64,000 nucleotides of DNA from Armatimonadota bacterium (GCA_046292385.1 JBKBRF010000004.1:128001-192000); one strand, 5' to 3'; numbered from the stretch's first letter, positions 10,659 through 21,137 are shown. Numbers and translations are program-made. Notes: generated from the letters alone by a model not told the origin.

Positions 10659-12082
10659 CGCTCTCCTTCCATCTTCCGCAGCAATCCAGCCGCGGCGGTC
10701 GCCCACGACTCTCCGGTCCCCGGGACGTACCGGGCGCTACGGTAGCCCGCCTCATACCCGCCCTCGGCGTAGCCCTGGCGGTGGGGGATGTAGCCCATCG
10801 CCCCGTTGGTGAGGCCGATCGTGCGGGTCACGGCGAGGGGGGAGTCGGCCTCCACCTGCCGCGCCAGCTCTACGAAGACCTCTCCCGGCAGCGCCGCCAG
10901 GCCGAACTGGCCCAGGCGAAGCGCCGTCACGCGCGCGGTGTGCTCACGGTCGCGTGTCTCCGCCAGCACCACCGCCGCCGGCGCGAAGAGGCCGTTGAAC
11001 TCGAAGGCGTCCTTTCCGGTGCGAAGGCGCTCCCGGGCCTCCGTCAGCTCTTCCGGGGTGGGGCGGCGGAGACGCGACTTCACCCCGGTGCTCCGCGCCT
11101 GGAGCGGGCCGCTCAGCGCCTCGCCTCCCTTCGCCAGCGCCGCCAGGGCGGACGCCGCAAGCTGCCGGCCGATCCGGCGCGACTCCTCCGGGCCGGACTT
11201 CTGCGCGGCATTCTTCACGTCGATGTGGTTGATGTTGCCGCAGCAGGTGTTGAGGAACACGACACGCCAGTCCGCTCCCAGTCGCTCGCGCAGCGCCTCG
11301 GAGAGGTGCGCGGGGTAGTCGGCGGAGTACTGCGTGCCGCTCACGCAGTCCGGATGCAGGCCATACAGGACGGTGACGACCTTCCGGTCCGGGAAGCGGA
11401 GCAGGTGTACGCGCGGATCGATGGTGCCGGCCGGCTCCACCACCTCCGGGTTGCTGCGGCCGGGGTTGGTGCGCACGGAGCCGTCCCGCATCCGGAAGCG
11501 TCGATAGAACGCGACCGTCTCCTCGCGCCCCTCGTGCAGGGTCGGCGCGCTCTCCGGCGCAGCCTCCGCTGCCGCGCGCCCGACCGCCTCCGCCGTCTTG
11601 CGGACGAGGGTGTCGACCCACGTGGTATCCACCTGGCCCGGGTAGAACTCCGGGTAGATCTTCTCCGTGTCGGAGGTGAAGGTTCCCTCGCGTGGGATCA
11701 TCCCACCGGTGTGCGTGTGGGTGGCGTGGACCCAGACGTGGCGCGGCGCGGGCCGGACCGAGTCGGCCATCGCTTTCCGGATCCGCTGCGCCAGCGGCTC
11801 GCCGACCGCAATCAGGTCGCAGGCCACGATCGCCACGCTTTCTCCGCCTTTCCGAAGGTAGAGCACCTTGCTCTTGAGCGGGTCGAGCGTGCCGGTCGCG
11901 CGACGGTCGCCGAAGTAGCCCGGCATGGAGCCGCCGAGCGGCGGAGTGACGTCGGCCTCCGCATAGCCGACGTGGAGCACTGCGGGAGCGGCGGCGGGAG
12001 CGGTGCGCTGCCACGCGAGGGCGGCAGTCACGAGCCCCGATGCGACGGCGGCACGGGCGATCAGGGGAAGCGGTTGGGCCAT
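10655..12082 (-). CDS. Neutral/alkaline ceramidase-like secreted hydrolase
   Basis: 'VGYAEADVTPP', 'HATHTHTG', 'YSADYP', 'LPGEVF', 'GYIP....AEGGYE'; 4-bp overlap with the next gene. Confidence 0.75.
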   Translation of the reverse strand: MAQPLPLIARAAVASGLVTAALAWQRTAPAAAPAVLHVGYAEADVTPPLGGSMPGYFGDRRATGTLDPLKSKVLYLRKGGESVAIVACDLIAVGEPLAQRIRKAMADSVRPAPRHVWVHATHTHTGGMIPREGTFTSDTEKIYPEFYPGQVDTTWVDTLVRKTAEAVGRAAAEAAPESAPTLHEGREETVAFYRRFRMRDGSVRTNPGRSNPEVVEPAGTIDPRVHLLRFPDRKVVTVLYGLHPDCVSGTQYSADYPAHLSEALRERLGADWRVVFLNTCCGNINHIDVKNAAQKSGPEESRRIGRQLAASALAALAKGGEALSGPLQARSTGVKSRLRRPTPEELTEARERLRTGKDAFEFNGLFAPAAVVLAETRDREHTARVTALRLGQFGLAALPGEVFVELARQVEADSPLAVTRTIGLTNGAMGYIPHRQGYAEGGYEAGYRSARYVPGTGESWATAAAGLLRKMEGER

Positions 12083-12244
12083 GGAGAGCCTCCGAGGGCC
12101 AGGCGCGAGCGACGGTGCTTCGCGCGTCGGTCCGTCTCTCCTTAGCACGAGGGCGCGCCTGTATTCCTTCTCGTCTAAGCGGCAGCGCCCCTTTCTGCCG
12201 GGGCAGGAAGGGGCGCAGAGCGCAATCGGGGCACCATGCCGGCG

Positions 12245-13678
12245 TCAGATCGGCGGAACGCCGGAGGGGGAGCCGCCCGGGATAATTGGCGTCAGCTTCG
12301 GGGCGTTCTTCGGGACAGGCGGCATCAGGTCTTGCTTCGCGGCCGGCGACTCTGTTTGGAGCCACTGCAGCACCGCGCGCTGAAGCTGTTTCTTCGTCTC
12401 CGGCTCGAGCTCTCGCAGGTCGATTCGCTCACCCGGGTCTTTCACCACGTTGTAGAGCGAGGCGGGCGCGCCTCGGGCGGGGAAGATCAGCTTCATGTCG
12501 CCGCGCATCGCCGCCAGCTGGTAGCTGCCTTCCGCCCGCCACTCCCAGTACAGCGTGCGCTCCGGCGCCTTCGCCCTGCCGGTCCACACCGGCAGCACGT
12601 TGAGGCCGTCCAGCGCCCACTCCGGCTGCGGCGCAACGCCGGCGGCCGCCAGTAAGCTCGGCATCACATCCACCATGTGGAGCGGCTCCTCGACCACGCT
12701 CCTGGCCGGCACCTGCCCGGGCCACCGCAGCGCCGCGGGGACGCGGATGCCGCCCTCCAGCAGCGTGCGCTTCTGGCCGCGGAAGGGCCGGTTGCTGTCG
12801 TGGAACGCCGGGGCACCCTTGGCGCCCTGCTCGAAGGTAGCGCCGTGGTCGCTCGTGAAGAGCACCAGCGTGTTCTCCGCCAGTCCCAGCTCCTCCAGGT
12901 GGTCGAGCACGCGGCCGACCTCTTTGTCGAGGCGGGTGATCATCGCTGCGTAGGTGGCGTTGACCGGCTCGGAAGGATTCGCTTCCGGGAACTTGCCGCG
13001 GTGCTCCGCCACGTCCTCGGCGGGCGCCTCGATTCCGAAATGGGGGGCGGTGTAGGAGAGCGTCAGGAAGAACGGCTCCGTCTGGTGCTGATCCAGGAAT
13101 TCCAGCGCCCGGTTAGTAAAGAGCGTGTCCGCGTAGCCGGAGACCGGCACCTGCTGGCGTCCGTCCCAGAGCCGGGATGGGAAATGGTGGTGCGCCTCGT
13201 TGGCGTTGGTGAAGCCGAAGAAGCTCTCGAACCCCTGGTCCATCGGGTGGGTGTAGCTCGACTTCCCGGGCCGGGTGCGACCGTGGTGCCACTTGCCGTA
13301 CAGCCCGGTGGCGTACCCACGGGTCTGGAGCGCCTCGGCGAGCGTCACCTCCTCCTCCGGCAGGTCGCCGCCGTTGCCGATCACCCCATTGTGGATGCCG
13401 TAGCGGCCGGTCAGCAGCGCGGCGCGGCTGGGGCCGCAGACGGCCGAGGCGCTGTACCAGCGGGTGAAGCGCGCCCCCTGCGACGCGAGCCGGTCCAGCC
13501 GCGGAGTCTTCCACTCCGTCCGGCCGTTGAAGCCGACGTCACCCCAGCCGAGATCATCCGCCAGGATGAAGACGAGATTCGGGCGGCGAGGCGTGGAGCC
13601 GGGACGCTGCGACGCAGCCGCCCAGGTGACGAGGCTGGCGAGGACCGCCAGGGTGACGAGCAGCGATCTGCACTTCAT
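12245..13678 (-). CDS. Arylsulfatase-like sulfatase (Cys type)
   Basis: Signal peptide, PNLVFILADDLG, CGPSRAALLTG (CxPxR), GKWH, SDHG, EGGIRVP. Confidence 0.95.
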   Translation of the reverse strand: MKCRSLLVTLAVLASLVTWAAASQRPGSTPRRPNLVFILADDLGWGDVGFNGRTEWKTPRLDRLASQGARFTRWYSASAVCGPSRAALLTGRYGIHNGVIGNGGDLPEEEVTLAEALQTRGYATGLYGKWHHGRTRPGKSSYTHPMDQGFESFFGFTNANEAHHHFPSRLWDGRQQVPVSGYADTLFTNRALEFLDQHQTEPFFLTLSYTAPHFGIEAPAEDVAEHRGKFPEANPSEPVNATYAAMITRLDKEVGRVLDHLEELGLAENTLVLFTSDHGATFEQGAKGAPAFHDSNRPFRGQKRTLLEGGIRVPAALRWPGQVPARSVVEEPLHMVDVMPSLLAAAGVAPQPEWALDGLNVLPVWTGRAKAPERTLYWEWRAEGSYQLAAMRGDMKLIFPARGAPASLYNVVKDPGERIDLRELEPETKKQLQRAVLQWLQTESPAAKQDLMPPVPKNAPKLTPIIPGGSPSGVPPI

Positions 13679-13734
13679 CTTTGGATTTATTCAGCATTGA
13701 TTAAGATTTGGTTCCGAGACACGGCAATATTCGG

Positions 13735-13750
13735 AGTGACCACAGTCACT
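13735..13750. promoter_or_regulatory. CRP/FNR-like palindromic site upstream of the sulfatase
   Basis: AGTGA-ccacag-TCACT (GTGA-N6-TCAC) within an AT-rich stretch. Confidence 0.45.
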
Positions 13751-14021
13751 TACCTCCCTGAAAAGCGCCTGTACGGTCGAATCTAGATAATCTTTAGACG
13801 GAGCACACATGGGTGGGACGTCAAGATGGGCCGGCGACCACGAAATCGCCGGTTGGGGACGCAGAGGGGAGGCGTGACGCGGCATGGCTGAGATCTCAAC
13901 TCACTGCCATCGTGGGGCCCGTCACCAGGCGCTTCGGCTGCAGCGCGCGGCCGGGGAGTTGCTAATGCCGCTCCGGGCACCCGGGCAGGATGAAGCCACG
14001 GTGAGCGCTGCGTCTCACGCG

Positions 14022-14059
14022 GCCTCACCCCCGGCCTCTCTCCTGCGAGGAGGGGGGAG
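14022..14059. repeat. REP-like palindrome
   Basis: CCTCACCCCCGGCCTCTCTCCTGCGAGGAGGGGGGAG resembles the widespread CCCTCACCCC..CCCTCTCCC..GGGAGAGGG intergenic palindrome. Confidence 0.45.
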
Positions 14060-14160
14060 CCATGGGTGGCAGGCAGGCTGCCTCCCCCTTCCACTCGCCC
14101 TGCGCCTTCGAGAGCCGTTCAAAGTAGGCTCACTTCCTCGTCCGGTATGATCAGGCCGGA

Positions 14161-16254
14161 TCAGCGGGCCTGGAGCGCGACGAGGCGATCGGTGAAGGCG
14201 AGGAGGGCCGTACGGCCGACGAGGGTGACGGTCGGGGTGCCGCTGGCGCCCTTCGTCGCTTCCTCGATGTCGATTTCTTCCAGGACGCGACCGTCCGCGG
14301 CGGAGAGCACGATCAGCTTCTCGCCGGTGGGAACGTAGATCCGGTCGCCCGCGAGCGCAGGATAGCCGAGGCGGGAGCGCGTGGTGTCCGGCTCCCAGAC
14401 CCACTCGCGGGCGCCGTCGGAGACGTTGATCGCCTGGACGTGGTCGCCCCCGATGTAGGCGTGCTTCTTATCGACCGCGAAGAGCGAGCCGGGGGCGTCC
14501 GGCAGGGGGCCCTTCGGCGAAACCCACAGGAGCTTGAGCGTGGCCGGATCGATCCCGACGGCGTCCTGGCCCCAGCGCGGCGAGAAGACGATCGGCCCGG
14601 GCCCGGAGGCGAGGAGGCTGATCGGCTCATTCGGCACCTGGGGAGCGCCGCCCAGCCCGCCGCCTCGATAGCTGGCGGCACCGCGGCGCGTCGGCGTGTA
14701 GCGGTAGATCAGCCGGATGTCGCCGGTGATCAGGTCGAGCGCGTTCAGCGTGTAGAGCGAGCTCTCGATCCAGACGATGCCGTCCCGCACGGCGGCGGGG
14801 GAGCCGTCGGCGGTGGTGAGCAGGTCGCTACCGGCGCCGAGGTAGGTGCTCCAGAGCGGCTCGCCCGTGCCGGGGTCGAGCGCCACCGCCGAGTACTCGG
14901 TGATGCCGCCTTTGTAGGCGGTGTAGCCGGTCAGCACGGCGTCGGCGGTGAGGCTCGGCAGGTTGAAGAAATAGCCGCGCGGATCGCCGCCGGCCACCCG
15001 CTGCCAGAGTGGGGTGCCGTCGCGGGCGTCGAGCATCGTCACGGCGTAGTCGATCGGGGTCCGCCCGCGGGAGCTTCCGCCGACGGAGAGGGAGCTGAGC
15101 GTCACCAGCCGGTCGGCGATGATGCTCGGCGCCGTCTGGAGCGATCGCCGGGTGCCGCGAGTGCTGACGCCGCGCGCGTCGGTGGCGAAGTTGATGATCT
15201 CATCCGCGCGCAGGCTGTCGCCCTCGCGGGACCAGGCCGGCTTTCCGTCGGCCAGTGAGAGCGCCGTCACCCCGGCCGGTCCCTGCACCCAGACGCGGTC
15301 TCCCGCGACCGCCGGCCAGACCATTCCGCCGAAGGACGAGCCGCCGCCGACGACGACCGAGCGAGTGCCGGTGTAGTTGACGTCGGTGTCGTCCGGGAAG
15401 ATGAAGCCCCATTGACGCTGCAGCGCGCCCGCGACGGACCCGCTCATGACGCGGCTCCCGTCGTCGCCGGCAAAATCGGTCCACCGCGGACCTTCCCCTG
15501 GCGGCGGCGCGGCCTGCAGGGTCTTGCTGAGCGCGTCCGCCGCGGCGGCGCCGGTCTGCTTCGCCCCGGCCACCGTCACCGGCGCGGCGCCGTGCTCTTT
15601 CCGGATCCGATCGAGAACCTGCCGCGCCTCGGCCGGCTTGCCGGCCAGGTGCGCGGAGAGGGCGTAGCGGAGCAGGGTCGGCACCGGGGTGGCGGGCGAT
15701 CGCGCGAGGCGCGTGTAGGCCACGCGGGCCAGCTCCGGACGGCCGCCGTCCAGGGCGCGGTTGGCGATCCAGAGCAGCGCGCGGTCGCCGTAAGAGCTGA
15801 AGCGGTACTGGGAGTAGACCTCCCGCATCTGCTCCTCGCTCTGCTCCGCGACCGCCTGGTCGTAGAGCCGGCGCGCGTCCGCGTCGTACTTCGCCCGGTA
15901 CTTGTCCCGCACCACGGCCGGCAGCCCGGCCATCTGCTGGTGGCAGAAGTGGCGCACGCCGACCAGGAACTCCGAGTCCTGCTCCATCACCGGGTCGCTC
16001 GGGTCGCTCACCAGCGCCTGGTAGGTCTGGATCCACTCGTCCCAGAGCTTCTGCCCCGCCAGGCGGCCGAGGCGGTCGACCTGCTGCTTGAGACGGGGGT
16101 TGGTGGAGAAGGTCGGCACGAATTCGGTGCCGCCGCGCTGGGCGGAAGCCGGGAGCGTCACGATGAGGGCGGCGAGCGCGGCGCCGGCCAGGAGCAGGCC
16201 CGGCACCCCCGGGCGCATTGCGTGCTTGTGCCTGGCGGGACCTCGTCTCATCAC
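14161..16254 (-). CDS. Secreted helical/TPR-like plus PQQ-like (BamB-type) beta-propeller protein
   Basis: Signal peptide; repeated 'ALD..TG..LW' blades; last gene of the MoxR cluster. Confidence 0.85.
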   Translation of the reverse strand: MMRRGPARHKHAMRPGVPGLLLAGAALAALIVTLPASAQRGGTEFVPTFSTNPRLKQQVDRLGRLAGQKLWDEWIQTYQALVSDPSDPVMEQDSEFLVGVRHFCHQQMAGLPAVVRDKYRAKYDADARRLYDQAVAEQSEEQMREVYSQYRFSSYGDRALLWIANRALDGGRPELARVAYTRLARSPATPVPTLLRYALSAHLAGKPAEARQVLDRIRKEHGAAPVTVAGAKQTGAAAADALSKTLQAAPPPGEGPRWTDFAGDDGSRVMSGSVAGALQRQWGFIFPDDTDVNYTGTRSVVVGGGSSFGGMVWPAVAGDRVWVQGPAGVTALSLADGKPAWSREGDSLRADEIINFATDARGVSTRGTRRSLQTAPSIIADRLVTLSSLSVGGSSRGRTPIDYAVTMLDARDGTPLWQRVAGGDPRGYFFNLPSLTADAVLTGYTAYKGGITEYSAVALDPGTGEPLWSTYLGAGSDLLTTADGSPAAVRDGIVWIESSLYTLNALDLITGDIRLIYRYTPTRRGAASYRGGGLGGAPQVPNEPISLLASGPGPIVFSPRWGQDAVGIDPATLKLLWVSPKGPLPDAPGSLFAVDKKHAYIGGDHVQAINVSDGAREWVWEPDTTRSRLGYPALAGDRIYVPTGEKLIVLSAADGRVLEEIDIEEATKGASGTPTVTLVGRTALLAFTDRLVALQAR

Positions 16255-16421
16255 GGCTCTCCGTATCCTTTCCAGCGGTTCGCTCCGCGCCGCCCGAGTT
16301 CCGGGCGTCGTTCAGGTCGCCATTACCGGCGAGTCAGTGGGAAGCCAGGCGGGGAAGAGTAGTACCGGCCTGATTCTCCCCACTCGCTCCCGGTTCGGAA
16401 CTGCCAATTCTTACACCGGCC

Positions 16422-18806
16422 TTATAGAAGACCCTTCCGCTTGCGCAGGATCCATTCGCCGACCAGCAGCGTCACGAACAGGATCAGCGGCAGCGGCGCG
16501 TCCCACAGCTCATGCTCCACCCGGCTCCGCACCTCCTGGCTGCGGTCCGGCAGTAGCTCCGGCAAGCTCTTCGCCTCGCTCCAGAGGAGGTACTTGCCGC
16601 CGGAGACGGAGGCGAGCCGCTTCAGCAGCTCCACGTTCTGCTGCGGCTCCTCCAGCTCGAGGCTCGCCGACTCCACCACCACGTTCGTGAGCGACTCGGC
16701 CTTCCGGACTCCCGGCGCCTTCAGCGACGCCTTGTACGAGCCCGGACGCGAGGCGATCCACTCGCCGGAATAGACGCCCGCCGCGCCGGGGACCGGCTCC
16801 AGCTTCACGGGGAAGCGCTGGCCATCTTCGCGGGTGAGGTCGGCGTCGACCGAGTTCACCCGCACCGGGTGGAAGTTCGGCGTCAGCAGCCGCGCGCGGA
16901 GCACCACCCGCTCTCCCAGCGTGTAGGTGGTGCGGTCCGCGGTGAGCCGGACGTACCGGTTGTCCCCCGGCAGCTCGTGCGGCGTGAGCGAGCGGATCAC
17001 CTGCCCCCAGAACCGGTAGAAGTACTTGTCCCCGGTCCGGTGGCGCCACTGCCAGGTGCTGTCGACCATCGTCATGAACGAGGTGCCTTCGCCCACCTGC
17101 TGGAGCGCCATCAGCGGGATCTTGCCGTCGGTCCCGGTGATGCCGGGATGCCGTGCCAGCACCGTGGCGCCCGGCTTGGCCCGGTCGGTGATCCCGCACC
17201 AGTACATTCCCGGCAGGTCGTTCCAGACCGTGCGGTTCTGCTCCCGGTCCGGCACCAGCAGCATCATCGGGTGTCCGGCGCCCGCGTCGCTCAGCTCGAG
17301 CTGGAACGGCTCGCGGAAGATCTGCTCCCGATGCGCGAGCGGCACAACGATCGGCCACACCGCTTCCAGGTCGGTCTGGCGGTACTGCCACGGCAGGAAG
17401 TTCTCGCCCGCCATCGTGATCAGGCTGCCGCCGCGCTCTTCCACGAACGCGCGCACGTTCTTCAGGTCCGCCGCCGTGAAATAGTCGCGCGGCACGTCGC
17501 CGAGCACCAGGATATCGAACTCGAAGAGCGCCTTCTTCGTCCGCGGGAATCCGAAGATCGGGACGTTCCCCTCGCCACCGCGGGACGGGTCCGGATCGTC
17601 GGCTAGCATGCAGGAGAACTGGGTGGTGGTGTCCCGCATGATCGCGTTCTTGAGGAAGCGATACTCCCAACGGGGATAGCCCTCCACGTAGAGGATCTTC
17701 AGCTTCTTGTCGACGATTCGGATCGGCCACGACTTCCGGTTATTGGAGAGCGTCACCTCGCCCGTCTGTCCCGGCACCGAGACGCTAAGCGTGCGAGCGC
17801 CGACCATATCCGGGGTGAACGAGAGGGTCAGCTCCTGCTTGCCGCCCGCGCCCCGGAGCGGCACGTTGATCCGCTGCAGCACCCGGTTTCCGATTGCGAG
17901 GGTGAGTGGGACCGTCCGGCCGGCGAAGCCGCGCTGGCGGAGGCTGACGGAGACCACCACCTCGTCGCCCTTCCGCACCACCTCGTCCGCCAGCAGGCTG
18001 GTGACGGCGACGTCGCGCGGCGGGGTGGGGTCGCCGAAGCCGACCGTGTAGATCGGGGCGCGCAGCTCCGCGGAGCGCCGTGCGGCGAGGGCAGGGTCCT
18101 CGCCCATGTTCTGCCCGCCGTCGCTGAGCAGCACCACTCCCGCCAGCGGCTGGCCGGCGGTGTCCTGCAGCACGAAGTCGATCGCGTCCCCAATGCGGGT
18201 TTGCTCGTCCTCCGGCTTACCCACCGCCAGCGGGATCCGCTCTCCGGCCGCCCCGGGCTCCTTCGGGTCGCCCTTGGCGTCCTTCAGCTCGGTGCCGGTC
18301 GCCTCCGTGCCGAAGCGGTAGAGCCGGACGGAGTGCTTCGCGACCAGCTCCTTCAGCAGCGTGGCGTCCCCCTGGTTCAGGAGCCGCCCCAGCGTCTCCA
18401 TCCGGGTCGCCTCCGCCATCTTCGGATCGCCGAGCGCCTGGATCAGGTCGGCCTTGCGCTTTGCGTCCTGCCACCGGTCCTTCAGCCCCATGCTGCTCGA
18501 CTCGTCGACCAGCACGGCGACCACCGACCGGTTCACCTGCGTCCGGTGACTCCGCAGCATCGGCTGCCAGATCAGCAGCGCCAGGATCACCATGGCGGCG
18601 ATCCGCATCACCGAGAGCGGCCCCTTCCAGAGCCACGACGGCCGCCGCCCGTCTCGCGCGTAAAAGACGACCACCCACGCGAGCAGCCCCAGCCCCGCCG
18701 CCACGGCGACCCAGACCGGCCAGGGCTGGACGAAGAACAGGCGGTCCCACCGCAGCATGTCCTGCCCGGGCTCAATCCCCAGTAATCGGTAGATCCAGTC
18801 GCTCAT
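16422..18806 (-). CDS. Membrane vWA plus glutamine-amidotransferase-like domain protein
   Basis: N-terminal TMs, MIDAS 'VDESSSM', 'LLSDG', 'LYVEGYPRWEYRFL', 'TWQWR...FYRFWGQ', 'EWILRKRKGL' end. Confidence 0.85.
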   Translation of the reverse strand: MSDWIYRLLGIEPGQDMLRWDRLFFVQPWPVWVAVAAGLGLLAWVVVFYARDGRRPSWLWKGPLSVMRIAAMVILALLIWQPMLRSHRTQVNRSVVAVLVDESSSMGLKDRWQDAKRKADLIQALGDPKMAEATRMETLGRLLNQGDATLLKELVAKHSVRLYRFGTEATGTELKDAKGDPKEPGAAGERIPLAVGKPEDEQTRIGDAIDFVLQDTAGQPLAGVVLLSDGGQNMGEDPALAARRSAELRAPIYTVGFGDPTPPRDVAVTSLLADEVVRKGDEVVVSVSLRQRGFAGRTVPLTLAIGNRVLQRINVPLRGAGGKQELTLSFTPDMVGARTLSVSVPGQTGEVTLSNNRKSWPIRIVDKKLKILYVEGYPRWEYRFLKNAIMRDTTTQFSCMLADDPDPSRGGEGNVPIFGFPRTKKALFEFDILVLGDVPRDYFTAADLKNVRAFVEERGGSLITMAGENFLPWQYRQTDLEAVWPIVVPLAHREQIFREPFQLELSDAGAGHPMMLLVPDREQNRTVWNDLPGMYWCGITDRAKPGATVLARHPGITGTDGKIPLMALQQVGEGTSFMTMVDSTWQWRHRTGDKYFYRFWGQVIRSLTPHELPGDNRYVRLTADRTTYTLGERVVLRARLLTPNFHPVRVNSVDADLTREDGQRFPVKLEPVPGAAGVYSGEWIASRPGSYKASLKAPGVRKAESLTNVVVESASLELEEPQQNVELLKRLASVSGGKYLLWSEAKSLPELLPDRSQEVRSRVEHELWDAPLPLILFVTLLVGEWILRKRKGLL

Positions 18807-18819
18807 TTAAAAGGCAAAA

Positions 18820-18880
18820 GGCTAAAGGTTCACCCCCGAATGGGGGGCTAAAGGTTCACCCCCCGAACGGGGGCTAAAGG
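18820..18880. repeat. Tandem 26-bp hairpin repeat (2.3 copies)
   Basis: GGCTAAAGGTTCACCCCCGAATGGGG / GGCTAAAGGTTCACCCCCCGAACGGG / GGCTAAAGG. Confidence 0.8.
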
Positions 18881-18933
18881 GCTGCACGGGAGCGCGTTCC
18901 TACTGTCGTATGGCGCACCTCGACCGCGCCAGC

Positions 18934-18973
18934 CCTACACGCTACACCCTAAACGCTACCCCCTAGCCACTAC
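18934..18973. repeat. Degenerate heptamer array (CCTACAC-like)
   Basis: cctacac gctacac cctaaac gctaccc cctagcc. Confidence 0.65.
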
Positions 18974-21123
18974 GATCTTCTCCCGAACGCCTGGGCCAGC
19001 ATCGTCTCGATCGCCATCAGGGCGAGCGCGGCGATCAGCAGGTGACGCCACAGCTCGATCCCCTGGCGGCTCCGCGTCAGCTCCGTGAGAAGGTTGTCGT
19101 TCAGGCTGATCCAGGTCAGCTCTCGCACCGGCAGCAGCTTCCGGACCGCGGCTTCATCGAGGCCGCGGAGGTCGGCTTCCGCCGGATCCCGGTTTACCGC
19201 AAAGAGGTCTTCGCTGCCGCCGGCGGAGGCCAGCCGGTAGAATCCCGCCGCCTTCGTGGAGGGCACCGTCACCACGGCGCCGCGCTCGTCGACCACCGGC
19301 TTCAGCGTCGTCTTCTGTCCTTTCGGACTGATCGCGGTGACGCGCTCTCCTGCTTCGGAGAGCGGCAGCGGCTTCACCAGCGGCTCCCCCAGCCGTCCGT
19401 TGCGGGTGCCGTCCGCGCTGCTCGCCAGGTAGGCGATGAGCTGATGCACCATCGGCAGGAACGCGGGCCGCAGCGGGAGCGTGTTCCACTCCGTGTTCGC
19501 CGTGCTCGCCACCAGGATCACGCGCCCCAGCCCGAACTCCTTCTCCACGATTGCCGGCGCGCCGTTGCTGAAGCGGGCCATCACCTGGACCGACTTGTCG
19601 CCTTCCTTCGGAGTGAGCCGGAAATAGCGGGAGAAGTCGGCGGTATTCAGGTCGACGTCCTGCGCGCCGCGGAACCGCTGCAGGGCGGGGTGCTCCACGC
19701 TGGCGGGGTCGAGGAACGCCTTCTCGGTCCCAACGCCGGAGAGGCGGGCCGGCAGCAGGCTCGGCTGCGCCTCGTAGAGGTCCCGATTGTAAAGGCTGGC
19801 GTTCACCCGGCTGCCGAGGAAGATCACCGCGCCGCCGCCGTTCTGTACGAACTCCGCCAGCAGGCGGCGGTCGCCCTCGCCGAGGGTCGCCACGTCGGAG
19901 AGCGCCACCACGTCGTAGCCGCGCACGTTCTCGCCGCCGAAGGTGCTGCCGGTGATCACCCGCGGCTCCAGCGGCGTCGCCTCCTGGCCGGGGGAGGTGA
20001 GCGGCGGTGCGAGCGCGAGCTGCAGGAAGAAAGCGCCGTCCTTCTGGGGCGTCTGCGGGTTGGGCCGACCGTTCAGCACCAGCACCTTCACGTTCTGCCG
20101 CACCGGGAGCGCCAGGTAGCCGCGGTCGTCCGCCGGGAGGCGGTCTTCCGAGATCCGGACCGTACAGGCCCGCACGCCCGGACGGTCGAAGATCTGGTTG
20201 AAGGTGACGAGGGTGCCCTGGCCCGGCTCCACGTCGATCCGCTGCGTCGATCCCTGCGCCTGGCCGTCGACCTCCAGCGTCACCAGCAGCCCGCGGGCCG
20301 CCTGGGTGCCGCGGTTGATGACGCGGGCCTGGATCCGCGCGGAGGAGCGGGCGGTCGCCAGCCCCCGCGCCGCCTGGACCCACTCCACGGCCAGGTTCGA
20401 GGCGCGCGGCTCGCGCGCCGGCAGCATCACGAGGCGCGCGGCCTTCGCCAGCGACTCCCACGCGGCGGGGTCGCGTCCCTTGCCGTCGAAGCCGAGCGCC
20501 TGGTTATCGCTGATCAGGAAGACCTCGCGATTGACGAAGCGCGACTCGTTCAGCACCTCGACCGCCAGGCGCGCCGCGCCGCCGAAGTTGGTGCCGGCGT
20601 CGGAAAGCGCCACGCCCTTCCGCAGCACCTCCGTGACCGTGTTCAGGTCGAGGCTGGGCTGGCGGATCAGCGCCCGGGGCGGCTCTGAGGCGAGGATGAC
20701 GCTGACGCCGTCGCCCTGCCGGAGCCCCCGCTGCACCAGGTCGAGCGCCCGGTCGCGGGCGCGGTCGAAGACCGTCTCGGCGCGCCCTACCGACGGGCGG
20801 TAGCCCATGCTGTAGGAGTTGTCCAGGATGATGACCGCGTGGACCTGCCCCCGCTGGCTCGCTACCGGGACCCCGCCCATCCGCACGATGGGGCGGCAGA
20901 GAGCGAGCACGACCAGCGCGATGATGAGGCAGCGGATCAGGAGGAGCAGGAGTTGCTCGATCATCAGGCGCCGGCTGCGGTTCCGCTGGCTCTGGCGCAG
21001 GAACTCCATCGCCCCCCACCGCACCACGCGGAAGCGCTTCCGCTGGAGCAGGTGGATGATGATCGGAATGCTGACCAGCGCGAGCGCGCCGAGCAGACCG
21101 CTGTTGATGAAAGAGAGTCCCAT
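18970..21123 (-). CDS. BatA-domain / vWA / CARDB-like membrane protein
   Basis: BatA N-terminus 'PIIIHLL.R.R...V.W.AM.FL', MIDAS 'LDNSYSM', 'LISD', C-terminal TM 'ELWRHLL'. Confidence 0.88.
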   Translation of the reverse strand: MGLSFINSGLLGALALVSIPIIIHLLQRKRFRVVRWGAMEFLRQSQRNRSRRLMIEQLLLLLIRCLIIALVVLALCRPIVRMGGVPVASQRGQVHAVIILDNSYSMGYRPSVGRAETVFDRARDRALDLVQRGLRQGDGVSVILASEPPRALIRQPSLDLNTVTEVLRKGVALSDAGTNFGGAARLAVEVLNESRFVNREVFLISDNQALGFDGKGRDPAAWESLAKAARLVMLPAREPRASNLAVEWVQAARGLATARSSARIQARVINRGTQAARGLLVTLEVDGQAQGSTQRIDVEPGQGTLVTFNQIFDRPGVRACTVRISEDRLPADDRGYLALPVRQNVKVLVLNGRPNPQTPQKDGAFFLQLALAPPLTSPGQEATPLEPRVITGSTFGGENVRGYDVVALSDVATLGEGDRRLLAEFVQNGGGAVIFLGSRVNASLYNRDLYEAQPSLLPARLSGVGTEKAFLDPASVEHPALQRFRGAQDVDLNTADFSRYFRLTPKEGDKSVQVMARFSNGAPAIVEKEFGLGRVILVASTANTEWNTLPLRPAFLPMVHQLIAYLASSADGTRNGRLGEPLVKPLPLSEAGERVTAISPKGQKTTLKPVVDERGAVVTVPSTKAAGFYRLASAGGSEDLFAVNRDPAEADLRGLDEAAVRKLLPVRELTWISLNDNLLTELTRSRQGIELWRHLLIAALALMAIETMLAQAFGRRS

Positions 21124-21137
21124 GCCCGAAAAACTGC

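Noticed and set aside
18820..18880. Possible mini-CRISPR (26-bp palindromic repeats)
   Set aside because: Repeats are directly adjacent with no unique spacers, and there are no cas genes in the window
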